A stretch of DNA of 64,000 bases from an uncultured Acidobacteriota bacterium. GTDB taxonomy: Bacteria > Acidobacteriota > Thermoanaerobaculia > Thermoanaerobaculales > Sulfomarinibacteraceae. A program made the position numbers and the translations under genes. Shown one piece after another: positions 55,230-64,000 of the stretch. The notes under the pieces are model-generated. The model was not told the origin of the DNA and searched no databases. It saw nothing but the letters and a program-made list of their open reading frames with translations. Positions within the stretch are counted from its first letter, which is position 1; the number at the start of each line of letters is the position of its first letter. The stretch covers positions 147,522-211,521 of the forward strand of contig CAVSIS010000051.1 of the NCBI GenBank assembly GCA_963727925.1, written 5' to 3'.

Positions 55230-56021
55230 CTACCCGAGGGACAGGATGACGCCGCGCTGGGAGGCGTCGATGAAGGCGAGTACAAGCTCGACATCGGCCT
55301 CGCCGGCGAGATCTTCCCGGGCGCGATCCACGGCCATTGCCGTCGTGAGCTTAGGGTTGTGGAGGAGCCGCCACAACCGTTTGAGTGCGTCCCGGCGATC
55401 TTCGTTGATTCCCTTGCGTTCAAGGCCGATGGTATTCGGACCGTAACAGCGTGCCGGCCGGCCCCCAACGGTCTTCATAAACGGCAGGCAGTCCTTCGTC
55501 GCGACCGTGAACCCTCCGAGGAAGGCGTGGCGGCCGACACGGCAGAATTGGTGCACTGAGGAGTAGGCGCCGACGGTGGCGTCGTCACCGACCTCCACGT
55601 GCCCGCCGACGCTGGCCGCATGCGAGAACAGCACCCGCGAGCCGATGTGACAGTCATGGGCGACGTGGGAGTACGCCAGGAAAGCGCCGCCGTCTCCGAT
55701 ATTGGTGATACCGCCGCCGCCAGGCGTCCCGCGGTGCATCGTCACGAACTCACGGAACCAGTTGTTGTCGCCAATCACGAGTCGAGTCGGTTCGCCGGCG
55801 TACTTCAGATCCTGCGGGGGCGCACCGATCGAGCAGTGGCTCTCGAAGCGGTTGCCACACCCGATCGTGGTGCGGCCGGTGAATCGACAGAAGGGCCCGA
55901 TAAGGCACCCGGCTCCGATCGAAACGTCACCTTCGATCACGCAGAACGGTCCGATATCCACATCGTTCCCGATGACAGCCCGGGAGTCGACCAGGGCGTT
56001 GGGATGGATCTGGGCGCTCAT
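55230..56021 (-). CDS. lpxA: Acyl-ACP--UDP-N-acetylglucosamine O-acyltransferase
   Basis: 263 aa. MSAQIHPNALVDSRAVIGNDVDIGPFCVIEG begins the hexapeptide repeats, with IGAPPQDLKY and HVAHDC further on. The ATGA overlap with the fabZ stop supports the call. Confidence 0.92.
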   Translation of the reverse strand: MSAQIHPNALVDSRAVIGNDVDIGPFCVIEGDVSIGAGCLIGPFCRFTGRTTIGCGNRFESHCSIGAPPQDLKYAGEPTRLVIGDNNWFREFVTMHRGTPGGGGITNIGDGGAFLAYSHVAHDCHIGSRVLFSHAASVGGHVEVGDDATVGAYSSVHQFCRVGRHAFLGGFTVATKDCLPFMKTVGGRPARCYGPNTIGLERKGINEDRRDALKRLWRLLHNPKLTTAMAVDRAREDLAGEADVELVLAFIDASQRGVILSLG

Positions 56022-56449
56022 CTACGCTCCACCATGGCGGAGATCAGCTCAGCTTCACAGGCGAGCTGTCCGTTCACCGTCGCGGTTCCGGCGAGCTTTG
56101 CAAAAGCGCGTCGGAGAGAGAGCACCTTGACGTCGAAGACGACCTGGTCGCCCGGGACGACGGGCCGACGAAACCTGCAACTGTCGATCCCGCTGAACAT
56201 GAACAACTTCCGCTCGCGATCCTCGATGTTGCGCAAGAGCATGAAACCGCCCGCCTGGGCCATGGCCTCGACGACCAGTACGCCGGGCATGACCGGATCC
56301 CCTGGGAAATGGCCCGCGAAAAAAGGCTCATTCGCCGAAACGTTCTTGAGCGCCCGGACGTGCCGGTCATCGACCTCGAGAATGCGATCGATGAGCAGCA
56401 TGGGATAACGGTGCGGCATGATCTTCATGATCTCGCGGATGTTGTACAT
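56018..56449 (-). CDS. fabZ: 3-hydroxyacyl-ACP dehydratase FabZ
   Basis: I trimmed the start to ATG 56449, giving 143 aa. The sequence reads IMKIMPHRYPMLLIDRILE...NVSANEPFFAGHFPGDPVMPGVLVVEAMAQ. Confidence 0.93.
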   Translation of the reverse strand: MYNIREIMKIMPHRYPMLLIDRILEVDDRHVRALKNVSANEPFFAGHFPGDPVMPGVLVVEAMAQAGGFMLLRNIEDRERKLFMFSGIDSCRFRRPVVPGDQVVFDVKVLSLRRAFAKLAGTATVNGQLACEAELISAMVERR

Positions 56450-57489
56450 CACTCCTCGCTTTCTTCGTCGCCGAGCAGGCGGACCATGCGCCGCTCGAGC
56501 GCCCGGAGCCTCTCCAGGACGGCCGGGAGGCGACGCAACGCAGCGGCGGATCTCAGCCACTGGCTGTGCGGCTGCGCAGGGGAGCCCGCAACAAACGCGC
56601 CGTCTGGGACGTCCTTGATGACAGCGCACTTGGCCGCCACCACGACGCGATCGCCAATCCGGAGATGGCCGGCCGCGCCGGACTGACCCGCCATGACCAC
56701 GTGGTGTCCAAGATGAGTCGAGCCCGAGATGCCGACTTGAGCCACTAGGAGCGAGCCCTCCCCCACGCTGACGTTGTGGGCGATCTGGACGAGGTTGTCG
56801 ACCTTGGTCCCACGGCCGATCCTGGTTTCTCCCAGAGTTGCGCGGTCGACACAGACGTTGGCGCCGAGCTCGACGTCGTCCTCGAGCACGACGACTCCGA
56901 CCTGCGGTACCTTGTGGTGGACTCCGTCCACGGTAGCGAAGCCGTAGCCGTCCGAACCAACCACGGCGCCCGCCTGCAGGATGCACCGATCGCCGACTCG
57001 GCACTGGTCCAGGACAACGGCCCGCGGATGCAGCAGGCAGCCGCTCCCGATCACGACGCCGGCCCCGACCACGCAGCCCGCGCCGATCACCGTTTCGCGC
57101 CCAATCCGGGTTCGCTCACCGACCACCGCATTGGCCCCGACGGTCGCACCCTCCCCGATCTCCACGCCGTCGAAGAGGACCGCACTCGGATGAACTCCGG
57201 GTCGGGGTCGCGGCCGGGGATGGACCAGCTCCAGGGCGTTGGCCAGGCCCAGGTAGGGTTCCGGTGTGACCAGTAGGTTTCGGCCCGGAAGGGCGGCAGG
57301 GTCGGCAACCAGAATGGCGCCGGCTCGCGAGCTCGCCGCCTGCGCCGCGTACTTGCGATTGTGCAGGAACGAGAGATCGTCCGGGCCGGCCGCTTCGAGA
57401 GATCGAACGGCCCGGATCATCGTCGCCGGATCGCCGACCACCTTGGCGCCGATCCTCGCGGCGAGCTCGTCGAGACGGTATGAGGTCAC
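56449..57489 (-). CDS. lpxD: UDP-3-O-acylglucosamine N-acyltransferase
   Basis: 346 aa. The N-terminal domain reads LDELAARIGAKVVGD...LSFLHNRKY. Long left-handed beta-helix hexapeptide repeats follow. The GTG start forms a GTGA overlap with the skp stop. Confidence 0.92.
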   Translation of the reverse strand: MTSYRLDELAARIGAKVVGDPATMIRAVRSLEAAGPDDLSFLHNRKYAAQAASSRAGAILVADPAALPGRNLLVTPEPYLGLANALELVHPRPRPRPGVHPSAVLFDGVEIGEGATVGANAVVGERTRIGRETVIGAGCVVGAGVVIGSGCLLHPRAVVLDQCRVGDRCILQAGAVVGSDGYGFATVDGVHHKVPQVGVVVLEDDVELGANVCVDRATLGETRIGRGTKVDNLVQIAHNVSVGEGSLLVAQVGISGSTHLGHHVVMAGQSGAAGHLRIGDRVVVAAKCAVIKDVPDGAFVAGSPAQPHSQWLRSAAALRRLPAVLERLRALERRMVRLLGDEESEE

Positions 57490-58004
57490 TGCGCCGTGTT
57501 GAAGCGCCGTATCACCTCGTCGGTGATGTCCACGGCTTCGTCGGCGAACACCAGGCCCGACTGATACTTGTTGAAGATCAGCGTGTAGCCCTTTTCCTTG
57601 CCGATCTTGTTGATGACCGGCATGATCTTCGCCTCGAGCCCGTTGAGCGTCTTGGCCCGCGCATCCTCGAGCTCCCGCTGGGCATCGTCCTGGAATCGCT
57701 TCGCCTCGATCTGCTTGTCCTCCGCCTTCTTACGCAGCTCGTCGAGCTTGTCATCGGCCAGCGTGAGCTGCTGTTTGGCGAGCTGATCGCGTAGCGAGTC
57801 GAGGTCGGCCTGGATCCGCTTGCCCTGCTCCACCCGGTCGCTCTGGAGCTTCTGCAGCTTCTGCAGGGCCTCCTTGCCCGGATCGGAGTCAGTCACAACG
57901 CGCTGAACGTCGATTACCGCCACCGTGATCTGCTGGGCGCCGGCGGGCAGCGCCACCGCAGCGAGGACGGCAGCCATGGCGACACGAAAAATTGTACGGA
58001 GCAT
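57486..58004 (-). CDS. skp: Periplasmic chaperone Skp (OmpH)
   Basis: 172 aa. The signal peptide is MLRTIFRVAMAAVLAAVALPAGAQ. It is followed by VAVIDVQRV and a long coiled-coil (KEALQKLQKLQSDRVEQGKRIQADL). It lies between bamA and lpxD. Confidence 0.85.
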   Translation of the reverse strand: MLRTIFRVAMAAVLAAVALPAGAQQITVAVIDVQRVVTDSDPGKEALQKLQKLQSDRVEQGKRIQADLDSLRDQLAKQQLTLADDKLDELRKKAEDKQIEAKRFQDDAQRELEDARAKTLNGLEAKIMPVINKIGKEKGYTLIFNKYQSGLVFADEAVDITDEVIRRFNTAQ

Positions 58005-58025
58005 ACGTCTCTTCCTCCTGGATAC

Positions 58026-60449
58026 CTAGAATGTGGTGCCGATCGAGAACTCGAAACCGTCTCCCTTTTCGTCCTGGAAGACGTCGCTGATGGGTTTGCC
58101 GTAGATGAACCGGATCGGAGCCTGGAAGATGGGCAGGAAGATCCGCAGCTCCACGCCGACCGTCTGCCGGTACGAGGACAGGTTCCAGCCCTGGGTTTCA
58201 AAGTAGGTGTTGCCGATGTCGGTGAAGAAGACCAGCTTGACCGGTCCACCGAGCCGCAAGTGGTACTCCAGGTTGCCGACCCAGTAGCGATCTCCGCCGA
58301 GCGCCGAGCCAGCCGAGCTGTAGAAGTAGCCGCCATCTGGAGTGCGCGGCAGCAGGGAGTAGGACCGCAGACCACGGATGGAACGGTCACCGCCCATCCG
58401 GTAGCGCTCGTAGATCGGGATCTGCGAGTCGTTGTAGACGAAGAACTGCCCGGCCTCGAGGCGCATCGCAACCACGTTGCGCTTGGTCAGCTGCTTGAAC
58501 AGCGAGAAGCTCACCTCTGGCCGGATATAGTCGAAGTCGCCCCCCAGTGGCCCGCCGGCGAAGCGCGGACGGAGGGTGAAGCGCGTCCCGCGGTTGGGGT
58601 CGAACGGGTCGTCCCGGCTGTCGTATGCAAAGCCCGGGGTGATCGACGCCGTCGTACCGCTGTAAAACTCCCGTGACAGCTCCCTGACGACCGGCTCAAG
58701 CCCCGGCGGTTCCACCGGCCGCACGTGACCGCCGGTCGGTCCCCCGGGTATGCCGCTGCGCGAGATCGCGTAGCTCGAGTTCACGTCCTCGAGTGACAAC
58801 TGCGCCGACACCGAGCTGAACACCCCGACACCGAGGCCGATCGTGAGCGCCCCGCCCGTACGCTGCTGCGTGAACGGCTGTTGGATATCGGTGTAGTCAA
58901 GGTTGGTCTTGTAGATCGAGCCGCCGAGCAGGATCCTCCGGTCGAACAGGTAGGGCTCGGTGAAGCTGAGAGTGTAGTAGTCGGTGCGCCGGCCGCTCTG
59001 CAGGGACAGCCCGAGGGTCTCGCCCTTGCCAAGGAAGTTGCGGGTGTTGAACACGAGCTGCCCGAAGAAGCCGTCGAGCTCGGAGTAGCCGGCGCCGAAC
59101 TGGATGTCGTTGCGCCCGACCTCGTTGCCCTTGACGTTGATGTTGACCCGCTTCTTCTCCTCGTCGAACGAGAAATCGAGGGGATCGTCCTCCAGCTTGA
59201 AGTAGCCGAGCGCGTTGATCTTGTAGACCGAGTTCTTGACCCCGGCCATGTTCATCACGCCGCCCTCGGTGACCCGGAACTCGCGCCGCAGGACCTTGTC
59301 GCGCGTCGACCTGTTGCCGACGAACTCGAGCCGGCCGAGGAAGTAAAGATCACCCTCGAAGACGTCGATGGTGACGTCGACGACGTGATCGGCGCCTTCG
59401 CGGTTGGTCAGGACCTCGTTCGTGTAGGCGTAGATGTAGCCCGTGTTCTGATAGAGGTCGCGGATGTGCTCCATTCCGGTGTCGATCGCCTTGAAGTCGT
59501 AGCGCTTGCCAGGCTTGACCTCGAAGGCCTTCTGCAACGGCTCGATCCTGAACACGGTCACACCCTTGATCGTGAGGCTGCCGAGGTTGTAGGGCTCGCC
59601 CTCCTCGACCGGGACCTTGATTTGGACCCGGAACTTCTTCTTCTTCAGGGTCGCGGCATCCGGATGCTTGGCGACCAGCGTGATTTCGGGCTGGCCGACC
59701 TTGACATCCTTGTAGCCATGGTTGAGGTAGTACTTGCGGAGGTTCTCGCGGTCCTCGTCCCAGTTGTCCTCCGAGAAGATGATCTTGTCGCCCATGAAAC
59801 GGTACCAGCTGAGCTCCTTGGTCTTCTTGAGCGACCCTCGCAGCCTGCGGTCCGAGAACACCTGGTTCCCGACGAACTCGATCTTTCCGATCTTGACCTT
59901 GCCACCCTCGTTGATGGTGTAAACGACCCGCTTCGCCTTTTGGCCCGCGTCCTCGATGCGGTGGGACACCTGCGCCGAGCGGTAGCCCTCGGCCGCATAC
60001 AACTGGACGATGGCGGTCTCGATCCGACCCAGGCTCGCCATCTTCAGCGGAACATTGCGGGGCAGCTCGATCCCCTTCTCGTCGAGCTTGTCCTTGATCG
60101 TCGACGTGGTGAGCTTCTTGTTGCCTTCGAAGACCACCGAGGTCACGAATGGGCGCTCGTCGACCACGACGTAGAGGTTGACCTTGCCATCGGGCAGATC
60201 CTCGATGTCGATTCGGAGGCTCTCGAACAGGCCCGAGTCCCACAGTTTCTGAAATCCGTCGTCGACCGCCTTCCGGTTGAGGACGTCACCCGGCTCGAGC
60301 CCGAGGTAGTAGTAGACCGTGTCAGCGGTCAGCGTCACCCCGCCCTCAACGATGATGTCGGCGATCATCGGTCCGTCCTCATCGGGAGCCGCAGGAACCG
60401 GGAGGAGTGCGAGCAAGCACACCAAAACCAGCGGTACGAGTCGTTTCAC
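58026..60449 (-). CDS. bamA: Outer membrane protein assembly factor BamA
   Basis: 807 aa with a signal peptide. POTRA repeats are present (e.g. IADIIVEGGVTLTADTVYYYL, IGKIEFVGNQVFSD). The C-terminal beta-barrel ends in FEFSIGTTF. Confidence 0.93.
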   Translation of the reverse strand: MKRLVPLVLVCLLALLPVPAAPDEDGPMIADIIVEGGVTLTADTVYYYLGLEPGDVLNRKAVDDGFQKLWDSGLFESLRIDIEDLPDGKVNLYVVVDERPFVTSVVFEGNKKLTTSTIKDKLDEKGIELPRNVPLKMASLGRIETAIVQLYAAEGYRSAQVSHRIEDAGQKAKRVVYTINEGGKVKIGKIEFVGNQVFSDRRLRGSLKKTKELSWYRFMGDKIIFSEDNWDEDRENLRKYYLNHGYKDVKVGQPEITLVAKHPDAATLKKKKFRVQIKVPVEEGEPYNLGSLTIKGVTVFRIEPLQKAFEVKPGKRYDFKAIDTGMEHIRDLYQNTGYIYAYTNEVLTNREGADHVVDVTIDVFEGDLYFLGRLEFVGNRSTRDKVLRREFRVTEGGVMNMAGVKNSVYKINALGYFKLEDDPLDFSFDEEKKRVNINVKGNEVGRNDIQFGAGYSELDGFFGQLVFNTRNFLGKGETLGLSLQSGRRTDYYTLSFTEPYLFDRRILLGGSIYKTNLDYTDIQQPFTQQRTGGALTIGLGVGVFSSVSAQLSLEDVNSSYAISRSGIPGGPTGGHVRPVEPPGLEPVVRELSREFYSGTTASITPGFAYDSRDDPFDPNRGTRFTLRPRFAGGPLGGDFDYIRPEVSFSLFKQLTKRNVVAMRLEAGQFFVYNDSQIPIYERYRMGGDRSIRGLRSYSLLPRTPDGGYFYSSAGSALGGDRYWVGNLEYHLRLGGPVKLVFFTDIGNTYFETQGWNLSSYRQTVGVELRIFLPIFQAPIRFIYGKPISDVFQDEKGDGFEFSIGTTF

Positions 60450-62881
60450 GGGTTCTCCTGGTTGTGGGTCACGGTGTCCTTGGCGTCGATGACGACGCGA
60501 TCATCGACCAGCTGCACCGCCAGGCACGCCGGCAGCGCGAGCCGGTGCTCGATCAGGAAGTCGGCCACGGCGTCCTCCACGGCGCGCTGGACCAGCCGCC
60601 GCAGAGGTCGTGCCCCGGCGTGTGGGTCGAGTCGGCTGTGCTCGACCAGCCATGCCGGAAGCGCCGGGTCGTAGTCGAGCTCGATGTTCTGCCGCTTGAG
60701 GTTGCCCGCGGTGTCCTGGAGGAGCAAGGCCGCAACGCCCAGCAGGTGGGACTCGCCGAGCGCCTCGAAGACGATCACGTCGTCGAGGCGGTTGAGGAAC
60801 TCGGGTGGAAAGTGGCGGCGGAGCTCGCGGTCGACGACCTCGTGCAGCTGTGCGGATGAGATCGGGTCCTTGCGGCTCCCGAAACCGACGCCTTCGGCGG
60901 CCAGGATGCTGCGGCTGCCCAGATTCGAGGTCATGATAATGAGCGTGTTCGTAAAGTCGATCACGTTGCCGATGTTGTCCGTCAGCCGGCCGTCCTCCAG
61001 CACCTGCAGCATGAGGTTGTAAATGTCCGGGTGCGCCTTCTCAATCTCGTCGAGCAGCACCACCGAGTACGGATTGCGTCGGACCTGCTCTGAGAGCTGG
61101 CCGCCCTCCTCGAAGCCGACATAGCCCGGAGGCGAGCCGACCAGGCGCGAGACCGTGTGCTTTTCCATGTACTCCGACATGTCGAACCGGACCAGGCGAC
61201 GGGGGTCCTGAAACAGGAACTGGGCGAGCTGCCGCGCCACTTCGGTCTTGCCGACCCCAGACGGCCCAAGGAAGATGAACGAGCCCATCGGACGATTCGG
61301 GCTGGTGACGCCGAGCCGGCTGCGCCGGATGGCCCGTGCAACCGCCCGGATCGCGTCGTCCTGGCCGACCACGCGTTGGCGCAGGATCTCCTCCATTCGC
61401 CGGAGTCGGTCGGCCTCGTCCTCTTTGATGGCCGTGACGGGGATGCCGGTCCAGGAGGCGACGACCTCCTCGATGTCACCGCGCCCGACGCTGAGCGGCT
61501 CCGAGGTGCCTTCCGCCTGCGTTCGATTGAGCATCTCGAGCTCTTCACGCAGCCGGAGCTCCTCCTCCCGAAGCGCCACCGCCTTCTCAAACTCCTTGCG
61601 CGAGATCGCGTTCTTCATCCGCCCGACGACGCGACGAATCTCCGCCTCCACTCGTCGCAGCGAGGTCGTCGAGCTCACCTGTCGCAGCTTGACTCGAGCG
61701 CCGGCCTCGTCGATGACGTCGATTGCCTTGTCCGGGAAGTGCCGATCGGCAATGTAGCGCCCCGACAGCGCCACCGCGGAGTCGACCGCCTCGTCGCTGA
61801 ACTGCACGCCGTGAAACTCCTCGTAACGCGACTTGACGCCCTGCAGGATCGTGATCGTCTCCACCTCGGTGGGCTGGCGAACGGTAACGGCCTGGAAGCG
61901 ACGTGACAGCGCGCGGTCCTTCTCGACGTAGCGCCGATATTCGCGCACGGTCGTCGCGCCGATGCAGGTGATCTCACCGCGAGACAGCGCGGGTTTGAGG
62001 ATGTTGGCCGCGTCCAGGGAACCTTCAGCAGAGCCGGTTCCGATGAGGGAGTGCAGCTCGTCGATGAAGATGATGACCTCGGGATGGTCCAGCAGCTCCT
62101 TGAGCAAACCCTTCAGGCGCTCCTCGAACTGCCCGCGGTACTTCGTGCCGGCGACCAGGAGCGAAAGGTCGAGCGCGAGAATGCGCCGCTCGGCCAGGAG
62201 CATCGGTACGTTACCCTCGACAATCCGGGTCGCCAGCCCCTCCACGATAGCGGTTTTGCCGACCCCGGCCTCGCCGAGCAGGAGCGGGTTGTTCTTGGTC
62301 CGCCGGCACAGGATCTGCACCACGCGCTCGACCTCGCCGTTGCGCCCAATGAGCGGATCGAACGCACCCTCCGCGGCGAGAACGGTGAGATCGCGCGAGT
62401 ACTCCGAGAGATGCGGCGTCGCCCGCGCCGACGCCTGGCGCTCTCGCTCGCGCCCACGTCGCGTGACCTCCTCCCGAACCTGGAAGGCGTCGAGCCCGTG
62501 CGCCGCAAGGTACTGAGCTGCAGCTCCATCGTCCGTGCGCAGCAGCCCGAGCAGGACGTGCTCGGTGCCGACCTGGTTGTGGCCCATCTGGTCGGCCTCG
62601 TGCACGGCAAAGGCGAGGGCCTTCTTGGTGTCCTCGGCGAGCGGCAGATCGGGCGAGGCCGATGCCTGGTCGAGCGCGACGATGTCGCCGGCGACCTCCT
62701 CGCGCAGCTCCTGGACGTCGAGCTCGAAGTGCTCGAGCAGCTCCGAAATGCCCTCGTCGCCCTCGCGCAGGACGCCGAGCAGGAGATGCTCAGGCGTGAT
62801 CGCTCGGCTGCGCGATCGACTGGCCTCGTACCGGGCGAAGAACAAGCTTCGCCGCGCGTGCTCGTTAAACTTCTCGAACAT
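60446..62881 (-). CDS. clpC: Class I Clp/Hsp100 AAA+ unfoldase, ClpC-type
   Basis: 811 aa. It has Clp_N repeats and two Walker A motifs (GEAGVGKTAIVEG; GPSGVGKTEVA). The short UVR-like middle motif is EFEKAVALREEELRLREELE. The ClpP-docking loop is GVGFG. Confidence 0.88.
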   Translation of the reverse strand: MFEKFNEHARRSLFFARYEASRSRSRAITPEHLLLGVLREGDEGISELLEHFELDVQELREEVAGDIVALDQASASPDLPLAEDTKKALAFAVHEADQMGHNQVGTEHVLLGLLRTDDGAAAQYLAAHGLDAFQVREEVTRRGRERERQASARATPHLSEYSRDLTVLAAEGAFDPLIGRNGEVERVVQILCRRTKNNPLLLGEAGVGKTAIVEGLATRIVEGNVPMLLAERRILALDLSLLVAGTKYRGQFEERLKGLLKELLDHPEVIIFIDELHSLIGTGSAEGSLDAANILKPALSRGEITCIGATTVREYRRYVEKDRALSRRFQAVTVRQPTEVETITILQGVKSRYEEFHGVQFSDEAVDSAVALSGRYIADRHFPDKAIDVIDEAGARVKLRQVSSTTSLRRVEAEIRRVVGRMKNAISRKEFEKAVALREEELRLREELEMLNRTQAEGTSEPLSVGRGDIEEVVASWTGIPVTAIKEDEADRLRRMEEILRQRVVGQDDAIRAVARAIRRSRLGVTSPNRPMGSFIFLGPSGVGKTEVARQLAQFLFQDPRRLVRFDMSEYMEKHTVSRLVGSPPGYVGFEEGGQLSEQVRRNPYSVVLLDEIEKAHPDIYNLMLQVLEDGRLTDNIGNVIDFTNTLIIMTSNLGSRSILAAEGVGFGSRKDPISSAQLHEVVDRELRRHFPPEFLNRLDDVIVFEALGESHLLGVAALLLQDTAGNLKRQNIELDYDPALPAWLVEHSRLDPHAGARPLRRLVQRAVEDAVADFLIEHRLALPACLAVQLVDDRVVIDAKDTVTHNQENP

Positions 62882-63566
62882 GATCGGTTCGGCCGCCTCC
62901 AGCTACCAGGCCGACGACCCGGTCGCATCGGCGGGCCATCTCTTCGTTGTGCGTCACTATAATTGAAGTAAGACCCTCCAGCAAATGAAGCTCGCGCACC
63001 AAGTCGAACAGCTGCCGTGAGCTCACAGTATCGAGGTTTCCGGTCGGCTCGTCGGCGAGCAGCAGACGCGGGTGCATCGACAGTGCGCGAGCGACAGCAG
63101 TTCGCTGCTGCTCTCCACCCGACAGCTGGTCGGGAAAGTGTCCCGCCCTCTCGGTGAGACCGACACGATCCAGGAGCTCGGCAGCGCGCTGCCGGGCCCG
63201 CCGCCCGTTCCAGCCTGCGATTCTCAGCGGCAGCGCGACATTGTCCACAGCAGTGAGCTCGTCGAGCAGATGGTGGTGCTGGAAAACAAAACCGATCATC
63301 CGATTGCGCAATGATGCCCGGTCGGCGATCGAGGCACGGGTCACGTCGGACCCGTCGAGCTCCAGGCTCCCCGCCTCGGGGCGGTCGAGCAGACCGACCA
63401 TGTGCAGCAGCGTGCTCTTGCCAACGCCCGACGGGCCCACCACTGCCAGCATCTCGCCCGTCGAGACATCGAGGTCGAGGCCGCTCAACACCTCCACCCG
63501 GGTCACGCCGTCGCCGTAGCCCTTGACGACTCCCCTCATGCAGACCATGACCGGTGCATCACTCAT
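62865..63566 (-). CDS. lolD: Lipoprotein-releasing system ATP-binding protein LolD-like ABC ATPase
   Basis: I trimmed the start to ATG 63566. The motifs are [27 protein letters not shown] and [11 protein letters not shown]. It directly follows the FtsX-type permease gene. Confidence 0.85.
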   Translation of the reverse strand: MSDAPVMVCMRGVVKGYGDGVTRVEVLSGLDLDVSTGEMLAVVGPSGVGKSTLLHMVGLLDRPEAGSLELDGSDVTRASIADRASLRNRMIGFVFQHHHLLDELTAVDNVALPLRIAGWNGRRARQRAAELLDRVGLTERAGHFPDQLSGGEQQRTAVARALSMHPRLLLADEPTGNLDTVSSRQLFDLVRELHLLEGLTSIIVTHNEEMARRCDRVVGLVAGGGRTDHVREV

Positions 63567-64000
63567 AGCGAAGTCCCTCGGCGGGCTCTCGCCGGGCGAC
63601 GGCGCGTGCCGGAAGCCACGACACCAGCACCGAAAGGCCGAGTGCGAAGGCAATCACGACAGCGACAGTCATTGGGCTCACGGAGAACGGAACCGCCGAG
63701 ACCACGAAAACGCCCCGTGGCAGGGGCAGCGCACCGGTTCGGTCAAGGCCGACGGCAAGGGCGCCGCCTGCCACCGTTCCTACCGCTGCCGCGGCGGCAC
63801 CGATGCAGCTCCCCATCACCAGGAACAGCCGGCGCAGTCTTGGCGGGGCGAGTCCGAGCCCTGCCAGGACCGCGAGGTCGCGTCGCTTCTCCGCCGCCAA
63901 CATGGCCACATTGCACAGCAAATTGAGTGCCGCGACGACCAGCATCAACCCGACGGCGGCGAAGATCATGACCCGTTCGAGGGTGAGCGCGAGCAACAGC
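63559..64000 (-). CDS. LolC/LolE-type (FtsX-domain) permease, C-terminal part; the 5' end lies beyond the right edge
   Basis: The C-terminal FtsX region reads EKRRDLAVLAGLGLAPPRLRRLFLVMG...[18 protein letters not shown]. The gene is partial. Confidence 0.8.
   Translation of the reverse strand, partial: LLLALTLERVMIFAAVGLMLVVAALNLLCNVAMLAAEKRRDLAVLAGLGLAPPRLRRLFLVMGSCIGAAAAAVGTVAGGALAVGLDRTGALPLPRGVFVVSAVPFSVSPMTVAVVIAFALGLSVLVSWLPARAVARREPAEGLRYE

Overview
High-GC (roughly two-thirds G+C by eye, not computed), very gene-dense chromosomal segment from a diderm bacterium. Lpt, Lpx, Bam, Skp and Lol envelope genes are all present. The lineage cannot be fixed from this sequence. The gene order resembles Acidobacteriota or Deltaproteobacteria-type genomes, which is inference only. 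I call about 60 protein genes, one tRNA-Leu(CAA), and no rRNA, CRISPR array, transposase, integrase or phage genes.

Layout:
- 1..94: N-terminal stub of an lptF/G-like gene (minus strand).
- 95..422: unusually long non-coding gap holding DnaA-box-like 9-mers and an AT-rich island.
- 423..31896: one uninterrupted minus-strand block. It reads parB-parA, DUF151 nuclease, miaB, ptsI-ptsH-EIIA(Man)-rapZ-hprK-ptsN-hpf-rpoN-lptB-lptC/A fusion, accA, PP2C, DnaJ/TPR, PrsW-like, ribF, rimO, lpxB, ihfB-rpsA-cmk. It ends with an accessory-looking operon: rhomboid, LarA-like, cupin, 4Fe-4S protein, DUF1573.
- 31946..40674: mixed strands. trmJ-like, tRNA-Leu, arsR, FmdB zinc ribbon, DUF4388, nfnAB-like, GGDEF cyclase, mpg.
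- 40673..50063: plus-strand block. galE-like, nuoB-nuoCD-nuoI, DUF465, psd-like, pssA, asd-like, pepD, FIST.
- 50096..64000: minus-strand block. gloA, PPi-PFK, pyrC, (plus-strand GT-C-like membrane protein), DUF167, lpxA-fabZ-lpxD-skp-bamA-clpC-lolD-lolE.

Many junctions are overlapping stop/start codons (ATGA, GTGA and one CTGA), which points to long translationally coupled operons.

Most interesting observations:
1. An in-frame TGA sits exactly at the first conserved Cys of a DUF1573 'SCGCT' motif and is followed by an fdhF-like SECIS hairpin. This is a candidate undescribed selenoprotein, and it lies in an odd rhomboid/LarA-like/cupin/Fe-S operon.
2. A translationally coupled psd-like / pssA / asd-like trio in which both flanking 'enzymes' have lost their catalytic residues.
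3. lptB can only initiate at a CTG codon.
4. A 656-aa membrane-anchored LptC-LptA-like fusion.
5. An orphan nuoB-nuoCD-nuoI module.

The ORF track uses the longest ATG/GTG/TTG ORFs. I trimmed many starts to internal codons supported by Shine-Dalgarno (SD) sequences, neighbour stops or family N-termini. The many long antisense ORFs are high-GC artefacts. All functional calls rest on my recognition of motifs in the translated ORFs. No database search was run.
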